Below, piece after piece: positions 1-12,947 of a DNA stretch of 64,000 nucleotides. Numbering within the stretch: position 1 is the first letter of the stretch; each line of letters starts with the position of its first letter. The DNA is from Azolla caroliniana (taxonomy: Eukaryota; Plantae; Polypodiophyta), in assembly GCA_043228905.1 (NCBI GenBank), contig JBHGNT010000008.1, positions 5,394,001 to 5,458,000 of the forward strand. Reading direction: 5' to 3'. The translations under genes and the position numbers were made by a program. The notes under the pieces were generated by a model. The model saw nothing but the letters and a program-made list of their open reading frames with translations. It was not told the DNA's origin and ran no database searches.

Positions 1-1349
1 TACGGACTATCGACAATTCGAATGTCATGATGGATTACTATTGTTTAAGAAACTCTTGTATGTTCTTGTCGCCTTCGAGTAGTCCAAAACTATCATGAAA
101 CATACACAGCTGGGCATTTTGGTAGTACTAAAACATTAGATTTAGTACAACGATCATTCTGGTGGCCCCATATGCGACGATTTGTCGAAGATTTTGTGAT
201 ACGTGTTTTGTAGAGAAAAAATGCCAAGGCATCATCCATATGGTTTATTAGAACCATTACCAATTCCAAGAAAGCCGTGGCAAGCCATTGCTCTAGATTT
301 CATCACAGATCTTCCAGTTTCTACGGGATTCGATGCAATCTTGACAGTAGTAGATCGATATACGAAGATGGCCCATTTCCTGCCATGTACTAAGGAAATC
401 TCCAGTGAATAAACTGTTGAAACTGTCATGCGTGAGGTATGTCATCATCATGGCCTCCCCGATAGTATCATTAGCGACCATGGACCCTAATTCGTCTCGA
501 AATTCTAGAAGCACCTCTTCAAAATGCTCAAGGTCACTTGTAACCTCTCCTCCGGCTACCACCCGCAAACAAACGGCCAAGCAGAATGAACAAATCAAAC
601 GTTGGAGCAGTATCTTTGCTGTTGGGCGGATATTCTCCACTTCCCCGAATTTGCGTATAATAACTCTGTCCACTCATTGACAAAGGTTACACCATTTTCT
701 GCTTACACGGGTTGTCACCCCGGGTGGTGTGTATTTGAAACCCCAAAATTACCCACAAATCCTTGCATAGAGGATCGTTTGGAGCGGCTATGCAAGATAC
801 AAGAGGATTTATCTACTCATCTACAACAAGCTCAACAAACACGCAAGGTTTATGCGGATTGTCATCGGCATCCATCCAGTTTTAACATTGGAGATCAGGT
901 ATGGCTACTATGACGACACATCAAGATTACTCGCCCATGCGAGGAGTTGGATTATCGGCGACTAGGTCCTTTCCGTATTTCCGTATTGGCTTTTTGTCTC
1001 GATCTACCTTTGCAACTATGGATACATCTGGTGTTTCATAGTTCTCTCCGAGAACCCTATCTGGATAGCACCATCCTAGGTCGTATTAAACCACCTCCAC
1101 CCCTGATCGAACTTGAAGATGGACTTGAGTACGAGGTTGTTGCCATCCTCGATTCCAAGATTGTTCGCAACAAGCTCTATTATTTAGTCGATTTGCTAGG
1201 ATATAGTCCTAGCAAGTGTCCTTGGGAACCAATAGAGAATGTGACCAATGCTCGTGCACTTCTTGAAGACTTCCATCATCAATATCCAGATAAACCGGGT
1301 CCTCAATCCAAAATGACTCGTAACACTCGTTGTTTTAAAGGGGGGATAC
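1..1349 (+). pseudogene. pol: Ty3/Gypsy chromovirus (Tcn1-like) pol 3' part: integrase and chromodomain, degenerate, cut by window start
   Basis: ORF fragments LLEPLPIPRKPWQAIALDFITDLP, VVDRYTKMAHF, EFAYNN, LGPF and chromodomain EYEVVAILDSKIVRNKLYYLVD..GY..WEP; many stops/frameshifts; PPT aaagggggga at ~1337-1346. Confidence 0.93.
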
Positions 1350-1794
1350 TGTCATGGCAAGATTCGAACCAATTCCCTTATGTTACATTGGTCGAGGTCT
1401 TAACCATTAGACTATATATTGTAATACGAAGAACATTATTTTCATTTAAGTTTTACTATAGAAAATAGATGTATATTCCAGTTTTCTCTGGAACATTCTA
1501 GAAACTTCAGGAGTACTCCTGAGAACATTATAAAAGGAGGCACAAGGCATTATTTCGAACCAAATCGGTTCAACGCCAGTGTTAAGCCTCCTAGCTACTA
1601 CAATATATTCTCTTCACATAATATATATATTTTGTTACCATCATTCTCTCTCTCTCTCACTCACTCACTCTTTCCTTCAAGTCTCGAGAGTTCTACACCT
1701 CCCTAGTACTAATCCTCATCTTTTAGAGCTAATTCCTTCTCTATCTTAGTACTGTTCTTGACAATACTTCTCTGTCTTAGTATTGTTCCTAACA
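1350..1794 (+). repeat. 3' LTR of Tcn1-like element
   Basis: Starts TGTCATGG right after the PPT; TATAAAAG ~1529; ends TTGACA (1763) or CTAACA (1794; terminal ~31 bp duplicated); same family as LTR at 63830. Confidence 0.8.
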
Positions 1795-2409
1795 CATATG
1801 GGAGAAGTCAACAATTGAAGTCAAGGAAGAAGTCGGCAGTCGAATCGACAAGCCAAATACAGGATGTTTGATTAGATAGACCAACGAGTCGACAGGTTGG
1901 TCGACTAGTTTGAAGGAGATAGAGTCGACTATGATAGTCACCTACATTGGATGGATGCTCCAAGTCGAAGACAAGGCCAACAAGTCGGGGCTACTGGACC
2001 GTCGAAGATAAGGCCGATAAGTCGGGCCAAATACTTATTATTATATGTACATATATAATAATAACATATCTCTCCTATAAATAGTAATAGCATGGGAAAA
2101 TTTATTGTTATGATGAGCATAGAGCTTCTGTGGCAGAGAGCAGAACAATGTGTGTAGCATTGAGAGTAGGAAGAGAGGCGAGAGTGTGCGAGAGAACGAC
2201 AGTTTAATGGAACTAGCCAAAACCCTAAGTGGGTATTCTCTGATTTGCAGAGATTTGTAATTTGTTTTTATCCTTCCTATACCTTTGTTCATAGTGAAAA
2301 ATTGGTTGCCCGTGGTTTTCCCCTATTTAGGGTTTCCACGTAAATATTGTGTACTATTTTCTATTTTCTGTTGTTTGTATATTTCAATCGATCTTTCTTG
2401 TCCATCAAC
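1795..2409 (+). repeat. Partial Copia-type LTR remnant
   Basis: TATAAATA ~2076, purine-rich R-like tract, U5-like motif gtggttttccc..agggtttccacgtaaat shared with other Copia LTRs here; ends catcaac. Confidence 0.5.
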
Positions 2410-4857
2410 GATTTATACCTCAACACAAACAATCGAAATCGACTGAGTCAATATCCCCCTTGCCGAATCCGAATCGGCAAGAGGTTGACTAGTCGAAATC
2501 GATTCGATTAAATGATTGACAAGAGTTGAAAAGGACAGAGTTGAATTGATCAACTTGCCAAAATAGGCCAAAGTACAGAAAACTTGAACTGAACCGACCA
2601 AGGCACCAACCACTTGGTCAATCGATCCCGAAGAAAGGGAGGATGATTCAACATTGACGAAATCCTATTTAAGGAGCTCAAGAAATGCCGATCAGCTCAC
2701 AAAGATGACCAAAGGATGCGAACCAAAGATCACAGGACCCAACAGATTCTGGACGAGTCAGAAGGCCAAGAGAGTGAACTATCAACCGGGCCTCGACTAC
2801 GTCAATTACACAGATGTAGACAAACCAAGATCCTACGAGGAAGTTGTAGTCGCAACGGACGCCAACACATGGCTACAAGCCATGAAATCCGAGATGGACT
2901 TGATTCACCAGAATCAAACATGGACTCAATTCATCAGAATCAAACATGCAATCTGGTCGAATTATCAGTTGGAAGGAAGTCGTTGTCCTGCAAATGGGTC
3001 TTCAGATACAAATATGAATCCTATTCGGTGAAGCCCAAATATAAAGCTTGGCTCATCAACAAGGGATTCAAACAAGAACATGGAGTCAACTACAATGAGA
3101 TATTCTCTCTAGTAGTCAAGATGACCACCCTTCGACTCCTACTCGGAGTCGTGGTGACAGAAGACCTAGAGCTTGAGCAACTGGACATCAAGACCGCATT
3201 CCTACACGGAGACTTGGAAGAAGACATCTATATGTCTCGACCTGCAGGCTTGATGGCGACAGGGGAGAAAATTCACCTCGTATTTTGACTGAAGAAAAGC
3301 CTTTATGGCTTAAAACAAGCGCCAAGGATGTGGTATCAGAAATTCGATACCTATATTCGGTAGCTCGGCTACTGCCGGTTTGACTTTGACCCATGTATAT
3401 ATTTTCGGTAATTGGCCGATGTCCTAGATCCATCTGATCTTATACGTTGATGACATGGTCATTGTAGATATCGAAGAACTAAAGCGGAGCCTTCAAGAAA
3501 AATTTGCGATGAAGGAACTCGAACAAGCCTGACACAAGCCTCGACAAAGACTCTCTGACTCTCCCAATATGACTACATTTGTAAGGGGTTGAAGCTCTTC
3601 AACATGGAGGATGTGAAGCCAACATCGACTCCGCAACTGACGTCGATCAGACTATCGAATAGAGACTATCCCTTGATAGATGAGGAGAGAGAGCTCAATG
3701 GAAAGATACCCTACACATCGGCCATAGGAAGTATCATGTACACCGACCTTTCCTATGCTGTAGAGGTCGTAAGCTTGTACATGGTGAACCCAATACAGAA
3801 GAATTAGGAGGCTGTCAAGCACATCTTTAGGTATCTTAGAGGAACCAAGGAGGCACAACTAACTTTCGGAACGTCCAATCCAACCGAAGTCAAAGGCTAT
3901 ACCGACTTCGACTATGCCAGAAATACGGATAATCAGAAGTCGACATCAGGCTATCTTTTCACCTATGGAGGCGGCACCATTTCATGGAGGTTGAAGCTTC
4001 AAGAGTGCATGACCTTGTTTACCATAGAGGCTGAGTACATAGCAACATCAGAGGCAACGAAGGACGCCATTTGGCTGCATCGGCTGTCAATCGATAATCT
4101 AGCACCGACCATCTATTGCGACTCTCAGAGCGTAATACACCTCATTTGAAATCTAGTTTATCAAGCGAAGAAGAAACACATTGAGGTGCGGTTTCATCAT
4201 ATCCGGGAGCTCATAACAGAGAAGAAGGTCGAGTTCTAGAAGGTCAACACCGAGGTGAATATCAACGATTTCTTGACGAAGCCACTCCCAAAACAATGCT
4301 TCGGAGCATTGAGGAACATGATGGGACTATGACTAGCCGAACGAACAATAGCAGAAGGAAAGTCGAAGACTGAGCCGATCAGACGAGCTGAAAAGGCAAA
4401 GTTAAAAGAATCAAAATACTGAGAGGCTAAAGATGCAACACTGAGCGAGGACACTGACTAGAGAGGAGATGACGGAGGAATGAATGAACCTCAAGACATA
4501 TCGAGGATCCAGTGAGGAGCAAAGGAGCAAGCGCAAGCGAGAAGCAAGTGATCGATCAGAGGCCGAGAGTTGGAATTGGACACGAGCCAATCCGAACAAA
4601 CGAGCCGATTCAAACAAAATTTGACCCAAAGAAGTCGATTTGACGGACTCAGACATGCCAACCCGACAGTTCACACAATCTAGAAGATCAGCCAAATTAG
4701 GCTAGACACTGACCTTATCTCTGCTTGTTTAGCCCAATGCCAACAGTTTTGAATGTATACTTGTCACTATAGATTAGATTTGTAATCTAGGTTCACGGGG
4801 GAGATAACCCCAATTATTTGTATACATAGGAAAGAGTAGCCCTTTTACGGGGGAGTT
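2410..4857 (+). pseudogene. pol: Ty1/Copia element A, RT and RNase H pseudogene plus 3' extension
   Basis: CKWVF, QEHGVNYNEIFS, QLDIKTAFLHGDLEEDIYM, YASAIGS-like motif, RNase H-type segment ending LTKPL; PPT gggggag 4849-4855. Confidence 0.9.
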
Positions 4858-5132
4858 TGTTGCCATAAAAGGTCGAGTCGTTCTACTTTGTATCCTTAGT
4901 GTGAACACATTCTCTAGTTAGGGCTTGAGTATAAAAGCTCAACCTAACATTCTAAAAGGATCTTGGAGTAAAAAGAGTTACAGAAAAGAGAATAAGAGAG
5001 AACATCCATTGAAGCATAATTTGTGTCTATCTCCTACCTTCCTTCTTCTTTTTTGTTGCATATTTATGTTGTTTGCTGTACACATCTTACCTTGTAGGTC
5101 CTCACATCTCCTTCTACATTGTATCTACAACA
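4858..5132 (+). repeat. 3' LTR of Copia A
   Basis: TGTTG...CAACA directly after PPT; TATAAAA at ~4930. Confidence 0.75.
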
Positions 5133-5567
5133 GGTTGTAGCCGATTAGAGGCTACATTTATAAATAGCCATACTATATATAAGTATATATATAGACTTAG
5201 GGCAAACATATTATTGTGGGGACATACGAGAATTATAGAGATCATCAGAGTTGTAATCACTGAGTAATCTAAGTGTGTGGGTGAGTGTGCGTATCCGTTT
5301 GCAAGACGAAGACGAGCGCAAGGTTGTTGTCTTAGAGTCTATTGTATTCTCATTCATATAGTGATTTTGTTCGGAGTGTTTGGGCTCTCATGGTTTTTCC
5401 CATTCAGGGTTTTCCATGTTAAATCTCATGTCTCGTTGTCTATGCTTTTCTGTCTTGGTTTCAGTTTTTTGTTGTTGCATTTTTCTTTGCGGATCGGTTG
5501 TTGTTGGTCCCTCATTTACAAAAAACCGGTATTAGAGCTAGGTTCAATACCATCAATTAGTATAAAT

Positions 5568-8023
5568 ATGGATGAATCCTTCGGAGGGATGTTGAAGCTG
5601 ACTGGCTCCAACTACTCAGTCTGGAAGTTGAATGTGAGAGGCATGCTCGAGTGCAAAGACCTATGGTTGCCGGTGCAGTATGACAACGAAAAAACAGACA
5701 AGATCAATGCATCGAATTGGGAAGTTATGCATGTAAAGACAATGACATACATAAGGTGTTTTATAGACATGAGTCTATACAACAACTTCAATGAAGGCCG
5801 AAGTCCTTTGGAAGAAGATCGAGTTCATGTTCGAGAACAAGAACCCTGTAAATAGAGTCTCCGCCTTCAGGAATATAGTGAGATTGAGATATCAGGATGG
5901 TTCTAGCATGGCTGAGCACCTGAATTCTTTCCAAGGATTAATCAATCACACCACCTCTCTAGAAGTACCTCTGGCTGACAAGGTATTTGCACTACTGCTG
6001 TTGGGATCCCTTCCAGAGAGCTGGGAGACGCTAGTGGTAACCTTGGGTAACGCAGGTCCACAAGGGAAGCAATTGTCTTTGGAGATGGTAAAGTCGAGCT
6101 TGTTAAATGAAGAAGCTCGTCGGAATAACAGAGAATCCATCTTTGATCATAAGGCCCTAGTCATAGAAGGTGACTCCAATAGAGGAAGGGGCCAATAGAG
6201 AGGTCCGCAGAATAGGGACAAGTCCAAACTGAGGTCGAAGTCGAAGGGAAGGCTCACATGCTTCTACTATTGGAAGTCGGGACACTTCAAGAAGACTGTC
6301 GACATTACTGGAAGGAAAATGGGGGAGCTGATTGTGTCAAGCTAAAAAAGATTTCGGACAACAAGACCACCTTAGCCATCACCGCGAGTGAGGAAGAGCT
6401 AGTGTTCATCAGTGAACAAAACGACAAAAACATCATCGATGAAGAATCAACATGGGTGGCCGATTCCAGTGCGTCATTTAACTTGACCCCCAACAGAGAA
6501 TGCTTCTCATTGTATACAACCAGTGACTACGGCTACGTGAAGATGGGAAATGAAAATGCATGGTGAAATGTTGGAATCGGAGATGTATGTTTGCTGACCT
6601 CTACTGACTGTAGAATGATGTTGAAGGATGTGCGCCATGTTCCGGATATCTGGCTGAATTTGATATCGTCCGAATGGTTGGAAATGAATGTTACAATGGT
6701 AAATTCTGAAATGGCACGTGGAAATTTTGCAAAAGAAGCTTGATAGTGGCTCGAGCTTACAAGAAAAATACGTTACATGTGATGCAAGAGTGGTGGAGCC
6801 GGAACAAGGTAAATATGGCAGATGACACAACCGGCAAGCTATGGCATAAGAGGCTGTGCCACAAGAGTAAAAAGGGCATGCAAATGCTAGCCAGAAAAGA
6901 ACTTGTGCTAGAGGTGAAGAATGTGCATCTAGACAAATGTATCGACTGCATGGCCGGAAAACAGAACATGGCCACCTTTTGCCCAATGAAGATGAATTCG
7001 GCTACTGGCCATGGGACTTGATTGACAAGAAGTTAATCAAGATTTGGGACATAGTCTTCATGGAAGAAAAAACTATTGCCGATTTGGAAACGGAGAAGAG
7101 GGGTTCAGCATCCTAGGTAGCCAGAAGCAGGTTGTTAGCAGAAGGACATAGTGGCCTAGCCCAATCCGAACAGGGAAACGGTTGGATCAACACTGCCGAC
7201 AAACTGCAAGTTCTCTGGAAGCCAATGTCCGAAGACAAAAGTGGAGAAAGATTAGATGACCAAGATCTCGTATGCCTCAGTAGTCGGAAGCTTGATGTAT
7301 GCAATGGCGTGCACTACGCCAGACATAGCCTACATTGTCGGAGTGGTCAGCCGGTTCATAAGCAATCCCGACAAGGACCACAGGTAGGAGCATATAATAT
7401 CCCATGATAAGATTGTACTATAGTATTCTATACATGTGGATAGAATACTATGATACAATCTTACCACGGGATATTATATGGTCATGCCTATAACAATTGG
7501 GTGATAGTTAAGTGAATACTTTGGTACTTGAGAGGGACCTCAAGCATGTGTCTCCAATTTGGCTTAGGTAATCCTGTGCTGGAAGGGTTCACGGATTCCG
7601 ACATGTCGACTGATGTCGATATTAGTTGGTCCACGTCTGGATATGTAATGAGTCAATGACTTATGTAGAGGGAGCCGTTTCATGGCAGTCGAGGTTACAG
7701 AAGGCTATGGTTTTGTCGACCACAGAAGCAGAGTGTGTGGTTGCCGTCGAAGCCGGCAAGGAAATCATTTGGATGAGGGATTTCATTGGTGAGTTGGGAA
7801 TGCGGCAAGAACAATTCTGACTACACTGTGACAATCAAAGTGTCATCCACCTTGCTAGGAATGCCACCTACCACTCCAGAACTAAGCATATCTAGAGAAG
7901 ATATCATTGGCTTAGAGAGAGGGTAGAAGAAAGGATTTTTTCATGATAGAGATCCATACGGATGAGAATGGATCAGAGATGCTGACCAAGGTGCTGCCTA
8001 TAGACAAGTTGAATGCATGCTGA
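5568..8023 (+). pseudogene. Copia B gag-pol pseudogene, most of integrase and RT deleted
   Basis: KLTGSNYSVWK, LLLGSLPESWE, GAG-pre-integrase, GAVSWQSRLQK..LSTTEAE; abrupt junctions near 7005 and 7268. Confidence 0.88.
7391..7495. repeat. Foldback insert derived from the 5' end of the chromovirus LTR family at 10812
   Basis: catataatatccc..agtattcta(tacatgtgga)tagaatact..gggatattatatg inverted arms, then gtcatgcctataaca, the reverse complement of the LTR start. Confidence 0.8.
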
Positions 8024-8481
8024 TGTCAGAACCAAGAGAAAAGATAGAGTGGTAGACAAAAGATGTAAAGAGATAACGAGATAACGAGAAGAGAGAAATG
8101 AAGTGATAAGAGAAGAATGAATGTATTAGTAAGATAGAATGAAGATGGATACAAGAAAGGTGACGAAAGCTTAAGACTGGTGTTGATTTGAATTGGTTTG
8201 AGAAAAATTGTATGTCCATATTTATAGGTTTCTATAGAATAGTCTAGTGATTTCTATAATGTTCTAGAATGTTCTAGACCTAGAATATTCTAAGATGTTC
8301 TAGGATATTCTAGAATGTTCTAGAATGTTCCAGAACATTTACAATAGTGAACTATTACAAGAAGTAGCTTTTATTATTTTATATAATCATATGCTATCCT
8401 AATGGTTAGGTTCCTGATTATGTATTACAAGGTCTTGGGTTCAAGCCTAAGTGAAGCCATGATGCTTATGTATTCATGACA
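8024..8481 (-). repeat. 3' LTR of Tcn1-like element B
   Basis: TGTCATGAA...TTCTGACA on minus strand, preceded by PPT aaaggggag; ttctagaa repeats. Confidence 0.9.
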
Positions 8482-9102
8482 CTATCTCCCCTTTGAGAAC
8501 GACGATGTAGGGACCGGTTTGTTTGGATAACGACGATGGAAGTCTTTGACAAGAGCTTGAGCATTAGAAACATTATTGACGGGTTCCCAAGTGCGATCAC
8601 TCGGAGGATAGCCAACCTAATGAACTAGATAATAAAGCTTATTCCGCACAATCTTCGAATCAAGAATAACAGCTACCTCGTATTCAAGGCCGTCAACAAG
8701 TTGGACAGAGGGCGGAGGTGGCACGACACGATTAGGAATAGAAGAGGTGCAACAAGGTTCCAAAAGAGAGCTATGAAAGACTTGGTGAAGCCGCATGTGG
8801 AAGATTAAAAGACGAAAGGTGGCATCATTAATACGCGCAGTGATGAGAAAAGGACCTAAGCGCTGATAATCGAGCTTCTCACATGGCCGGGTTGTCTTGA
8901 TGTGACGACGAAGCAACCATACATGGTCACAAACCTTAAAAGGAGACTTAAGATGATGGCGATCGGCGTTGGTCTTATGTTGTGCTTGAGCTGTCTGAAG
9001 ATGTGAAGATAACACTAACTGGATTCGATGTAGTCGATGAAGATAATGCTCAGCACTAGGGTTTCGTGTGACCTTGGGAAGATCCAAGATACACCATCGA
9101 GG

Positions 9103-9652
9103 TGTAGAGAAATGTGCGGAATATCGCTCGGCCACAATCGAGTAGTAAATCACTTCTGTAAGAATCAAACACAGAAATGGGAAGTGGTGAGTACATAAGA
9201 AAATGACACAAGATGTTTACGTGGAAAACCCTAATAGGGAAAAACCATGGGAGCCCACAGACTCATAACTATCACTATGAAGAGAAGGGGTACAATCAGA
9301 GACTCGGAGGCAACGACCTCGAGCTCTGTTTCTTCGCACAGTGGCGGTTATGACAGAGTATGGCTCTGTATCTCTCTCTCTCCCTCTCTGTCTCTATACA
9401 ACAGTTACAACAATATGCAACGCACAATCACGCACACTAAAGTGATTGCCCTAAGTCATATTTATAGTTATATGAACTTAGGGCTATTTACAAATATAGC
9501 CTCAATGGGCTTATTCAAGACATATTTACAAATTTATCTTCTCTTCCGGTTCTCACCGGGTCCACCGATCCGGTTTCCGGATCTCTTCCGGTTCTCACCG
9601 GGTCCTCTTTATTCATCACTGGATCCCATTCAGAGAGACCAATTTCCCAACA
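9103..9652 (-). mobile_element. Copia solo LTR with perfect 5-bp TSD
   Basis: CGAGG at 9098-9102 and 9653-9657; TG..CA ends; shares gatgtttacgtggaaaac and ccggttctcaccggg repeats with LTR 58605-59288. Confidence 0.9.
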
Positions 9653-10811
9653 CGAGGATGGTTATCGGTGTAGGCAAAGAAAGGTGTAACCTTGGTAGAA
9701 GAGTGTAGCATGTTAGTGTATGCAAACAACAAGATGTAGAATATTGCTCCAATCATCTTGTTTATAACTGATGAAGCATTGAAGATATTGCTCGAGTGTT
9801 TGATTTGTGCGCTCTGTTTGTCCATCGGTTTCTGGATGATAAGCCGAAGAGAGTTTGTAGGAGATTTTTAGGCCTGCCCATAGGTGCTTCCAAAAGTGAG
9901 AGATAAATTGAGGACCACGATCACTAATTATATCGTCTGGAAGACCATGATGGCGAAATACTTCACGCATAACGATATATGCGGTTTCCTGACTATTGAT
10001 ACTCTTTACACATGGTAAAAAATGTGCCACCTTGGTAAACCGATCGACTACTGTTAAAATGGTATCAAATCCTTTTGAAGGTGGCAGATTCGTAATGAAA
10101 TCCATAGAAATAGACTGCCATGGCTTGGTTGGAGGCGGTAATGGTTGTAACAAGCCATAAGGATGATGCCTGGGTATTTTGGCTTGACAACAAGTGTCAC
10201 ATGTACAAACATAATCTTCGACAAATTTTTGCAAATGAGGCCACCAAAACGAACGCTTCACCAACTCCATGGTCTTGGCAATGGGTACAAAGCATGCGAG
10301 TGGAAACACTATTATAGCTAATTAGCTACTAAAATGACCACAGCTAATTAGCTATTTGTTTAGCTAGTTTTTTGTGGGAAAATCATAAGGATGGTTTACG
10401 AAATTTTATGTTTTATTAGTTAAATACATGTCATTTAATTTATGAGAATACTCAAATATTTGAACTTTGGTTTATGATGTAGTGGAACATGGGGAATCGT
10501 GCCATCATCTAAGGTCGACTTGAATGTCATCAAATTCTTGATAATCTTGAGTTCGAGTTCGAACTCCGAACAGATGGAGTACTCTGAGCATGAACGCAGA
10601 TGAAGCCCCCGTAGCAGCACAAAAACTCTGAGATCGACATTGCACCTTCAGATCTACAACACACGAGCAAGTTGATCCTCGTCCAGGTATGTAACAGTTA
10701 CATATTAAAAAAACTTTTTTTTTCCTTTCTGATAATTGTCTGTAACTTTGGTGCCTGTTCATCTTTCCCAAAAATCGAATAGGGCGAAGTCGTTGGAGTC
10801 CCAAACAAGGA

Positions 10812-11266
10812 TGTTACGGGCATGACCATATAATATCCCGTGGTAAGAATTTACCGTAGTATTCTATACACGTGGATAAGTGTGAGGGTTAAACGAGAGT
10901 GTAAAGAAGGGGAGGATTACTTTTAATCCTCGGGATTGAGACAACCCATTAGGTCAAGTGTGAACTTGCCTGGGGGCCTTGGGTATCGCTATAAATAAGA
11001 GGCCTAGCTACCCTCATTTGATCATCTTTTGACTACATCGAGACTCTGCTCGTGTGGTGGGTCAACTCTTGTAGCGAGCGCGCCAACACCAGGTACGACT
11101 CGACACCACGGCGGTGGTATGGGACGCCGATCGAGGCTCGAGTCCGTCTCGATCCCTTCGCTCGGGGGTGGTCGGGTGGATCGGCACCCTTCTTTCTCTT
11201 TCTCCTTTCTATCTTTCATTTCTTTATCCTTATCTTAAGCTTACTTTAGTACTTAGATCTATAATA
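10812..11266 (+). repeat. 5' LTR (455 bp, TG..TA)
   Basis: Direct repeat of 17339-17792; TATAAATA ~10988. Confidence 0.96.
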
Positions 11267-11268
11267 TT

Positions 11269-11278
11269 TGGTATCAGA
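11269..11278 (+). promoter_or_regulatory. Primer binding site, tRNA-iMet
   Basis: TGGTATCAGA two nt after the LTR. Confidence 0.9.
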
Positions 11279-11522
11279 TTTTTGTACTAATGTTTCTTTG
11301 TTTTTCATTTGTCTTTTGATTGATGCTGATCGATCGTTGTGCGGTTGGCCTTGATCCAAACAACGATCAACAAAGAACTTCGGTAACTCTTTCCATAATT
11401 TTTCTTTCTATTCTCTCTTCTCCCATCTAATCATGTGTTTAGTTTATATGTAATTTTTTTCATTAAGTCAATGATGTTGTAGTGGTCTTTAATTGATTAT
11501 CTAAAACGTTTACATATGTGCA

Positions 11523-11775
11523 CGAGGTCAATACCTCGTTTGACATATTAATAATATGTGATGAGTGTCGTATGCGTACGAGGTTAATACCTCAATTACG
11601 TATTACGTTCACGAACATATGTTACGTTTGCGTATGAGTTTAATACCTTGATTTGTTGTAAACGATATGCGGTTGGTCTCGTATGCGTAAGAGGTCAATA
11701 CCTCAATTGCGTATTACGATGATCTCTTATTTGTGGATGTTTCGTGTGTGTAGAGGTATATACCTCAATTACGTC
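11523..11775 (+). repeat. Five ~56-bp hairpin-forming repeats in the 5' leader
   Basis: GAGGT-N4-ACCTC cores at 11524, 11580, 11636 (degenerate), 11691, 11753. Confidence 0.75.
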
Positions 11776-12947
11776 TCTCGATCACATCATTTGTGGCTAT
11801 TTAATATAACGATATGTTAATATAGGCATATGTGGTCACGTATATACATATTTGATCGTATATATGTGATAAGTAAACATATGTGTATATTCGTTATTAC
11901 GTGATTATATCGAAAGTTGTCCTTGTCGAGAAAAGGATGTTGGTGGCCGTCCTCACATTTTTGTGAGAATGGCGTTGTCACCATCCCTTTTTCAACAATT
12001 TTTTATTGTTGACAACCCCGTTGATGACCTCGATTTCGTTACGTAAAGAAACGCCTATGGCCATAATGATGTTGAGTACGTAGGGCTTGACCCATTTCAA
12101 GTGAGGTCGCTCCAATGACACACGTATCCAACATCCCTCCCTCGTTACATGGATACGATGCCACCATGAGCTCGTTCTTACGAGAGGCATTCGTAATGAC
12201 GTGACCATGTGATGGGCCACGTGAGCCTACTATGAAACGAGGGCTCATTTGGCTTGACCATTAGGTTGCACTTTGGCGTATGCCATCGTAATTACGAGAC
12301 TTGAGGTTAGGTAACGTACCAACATAGTTTTGGTAAATGAGGGCGAAATAAGGACCCTTGACATATATGTTCTTTTAGAAAAAACATATATGATCTCGCA
12401 TATCTCTTATACGCATCAAACATTAAGAATTCAAAAAGAGCAACTTACTTGGTTGGCTCAAATGTTTAATTTATTTGTTCTCGAGGTCTCGAGTTCAAAT
12501 ATGATCAAGACCATACAACATCCTTGATACATATGACTATAACACATGTTTAGACTTAAGGTCTAAGTGCACCTCGGGGTCCTCGTAATAGGACTTAAAG
12601 AGCCGAAACCACATATGTGGGCACCGAAACATAGTTTATTGTTAACATTTTTTTCGTGTATAAACTATTCATGACGCGAACATACATGGTTGAGCCTCGG
12701 GGAGCCACCATGAAAAAATCGATATAGAGATCAGGGAAAGACATTTATTTGTCACCCCCATGGTTTTTAAAACAACTTTGTGTTACCATAGTAACCTGAT
12801 CTTGAACCTCATCTCATACGTCTAGAGGGGTATTGACGTGAGATAATGATATCGATTAATGCTCGCCCATGATATGTTTACATCACGACATGATGTTATG
12901 ACTATATCTCTGACCTTATCCTAATTCTTTTCCAGAAATAATCTTTA

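Noticed and set aside
11022-11249. Short ORFs duplicated at 17549-17825
   Set aside because: They lie inside the two LTRs and show no coding signature
12454-12502. Possible A/B box in the chromovirus leader
   Set aside because: Both boxes are degenerate and the spacing (~27 nt) differs from the 32-34 nt of the others
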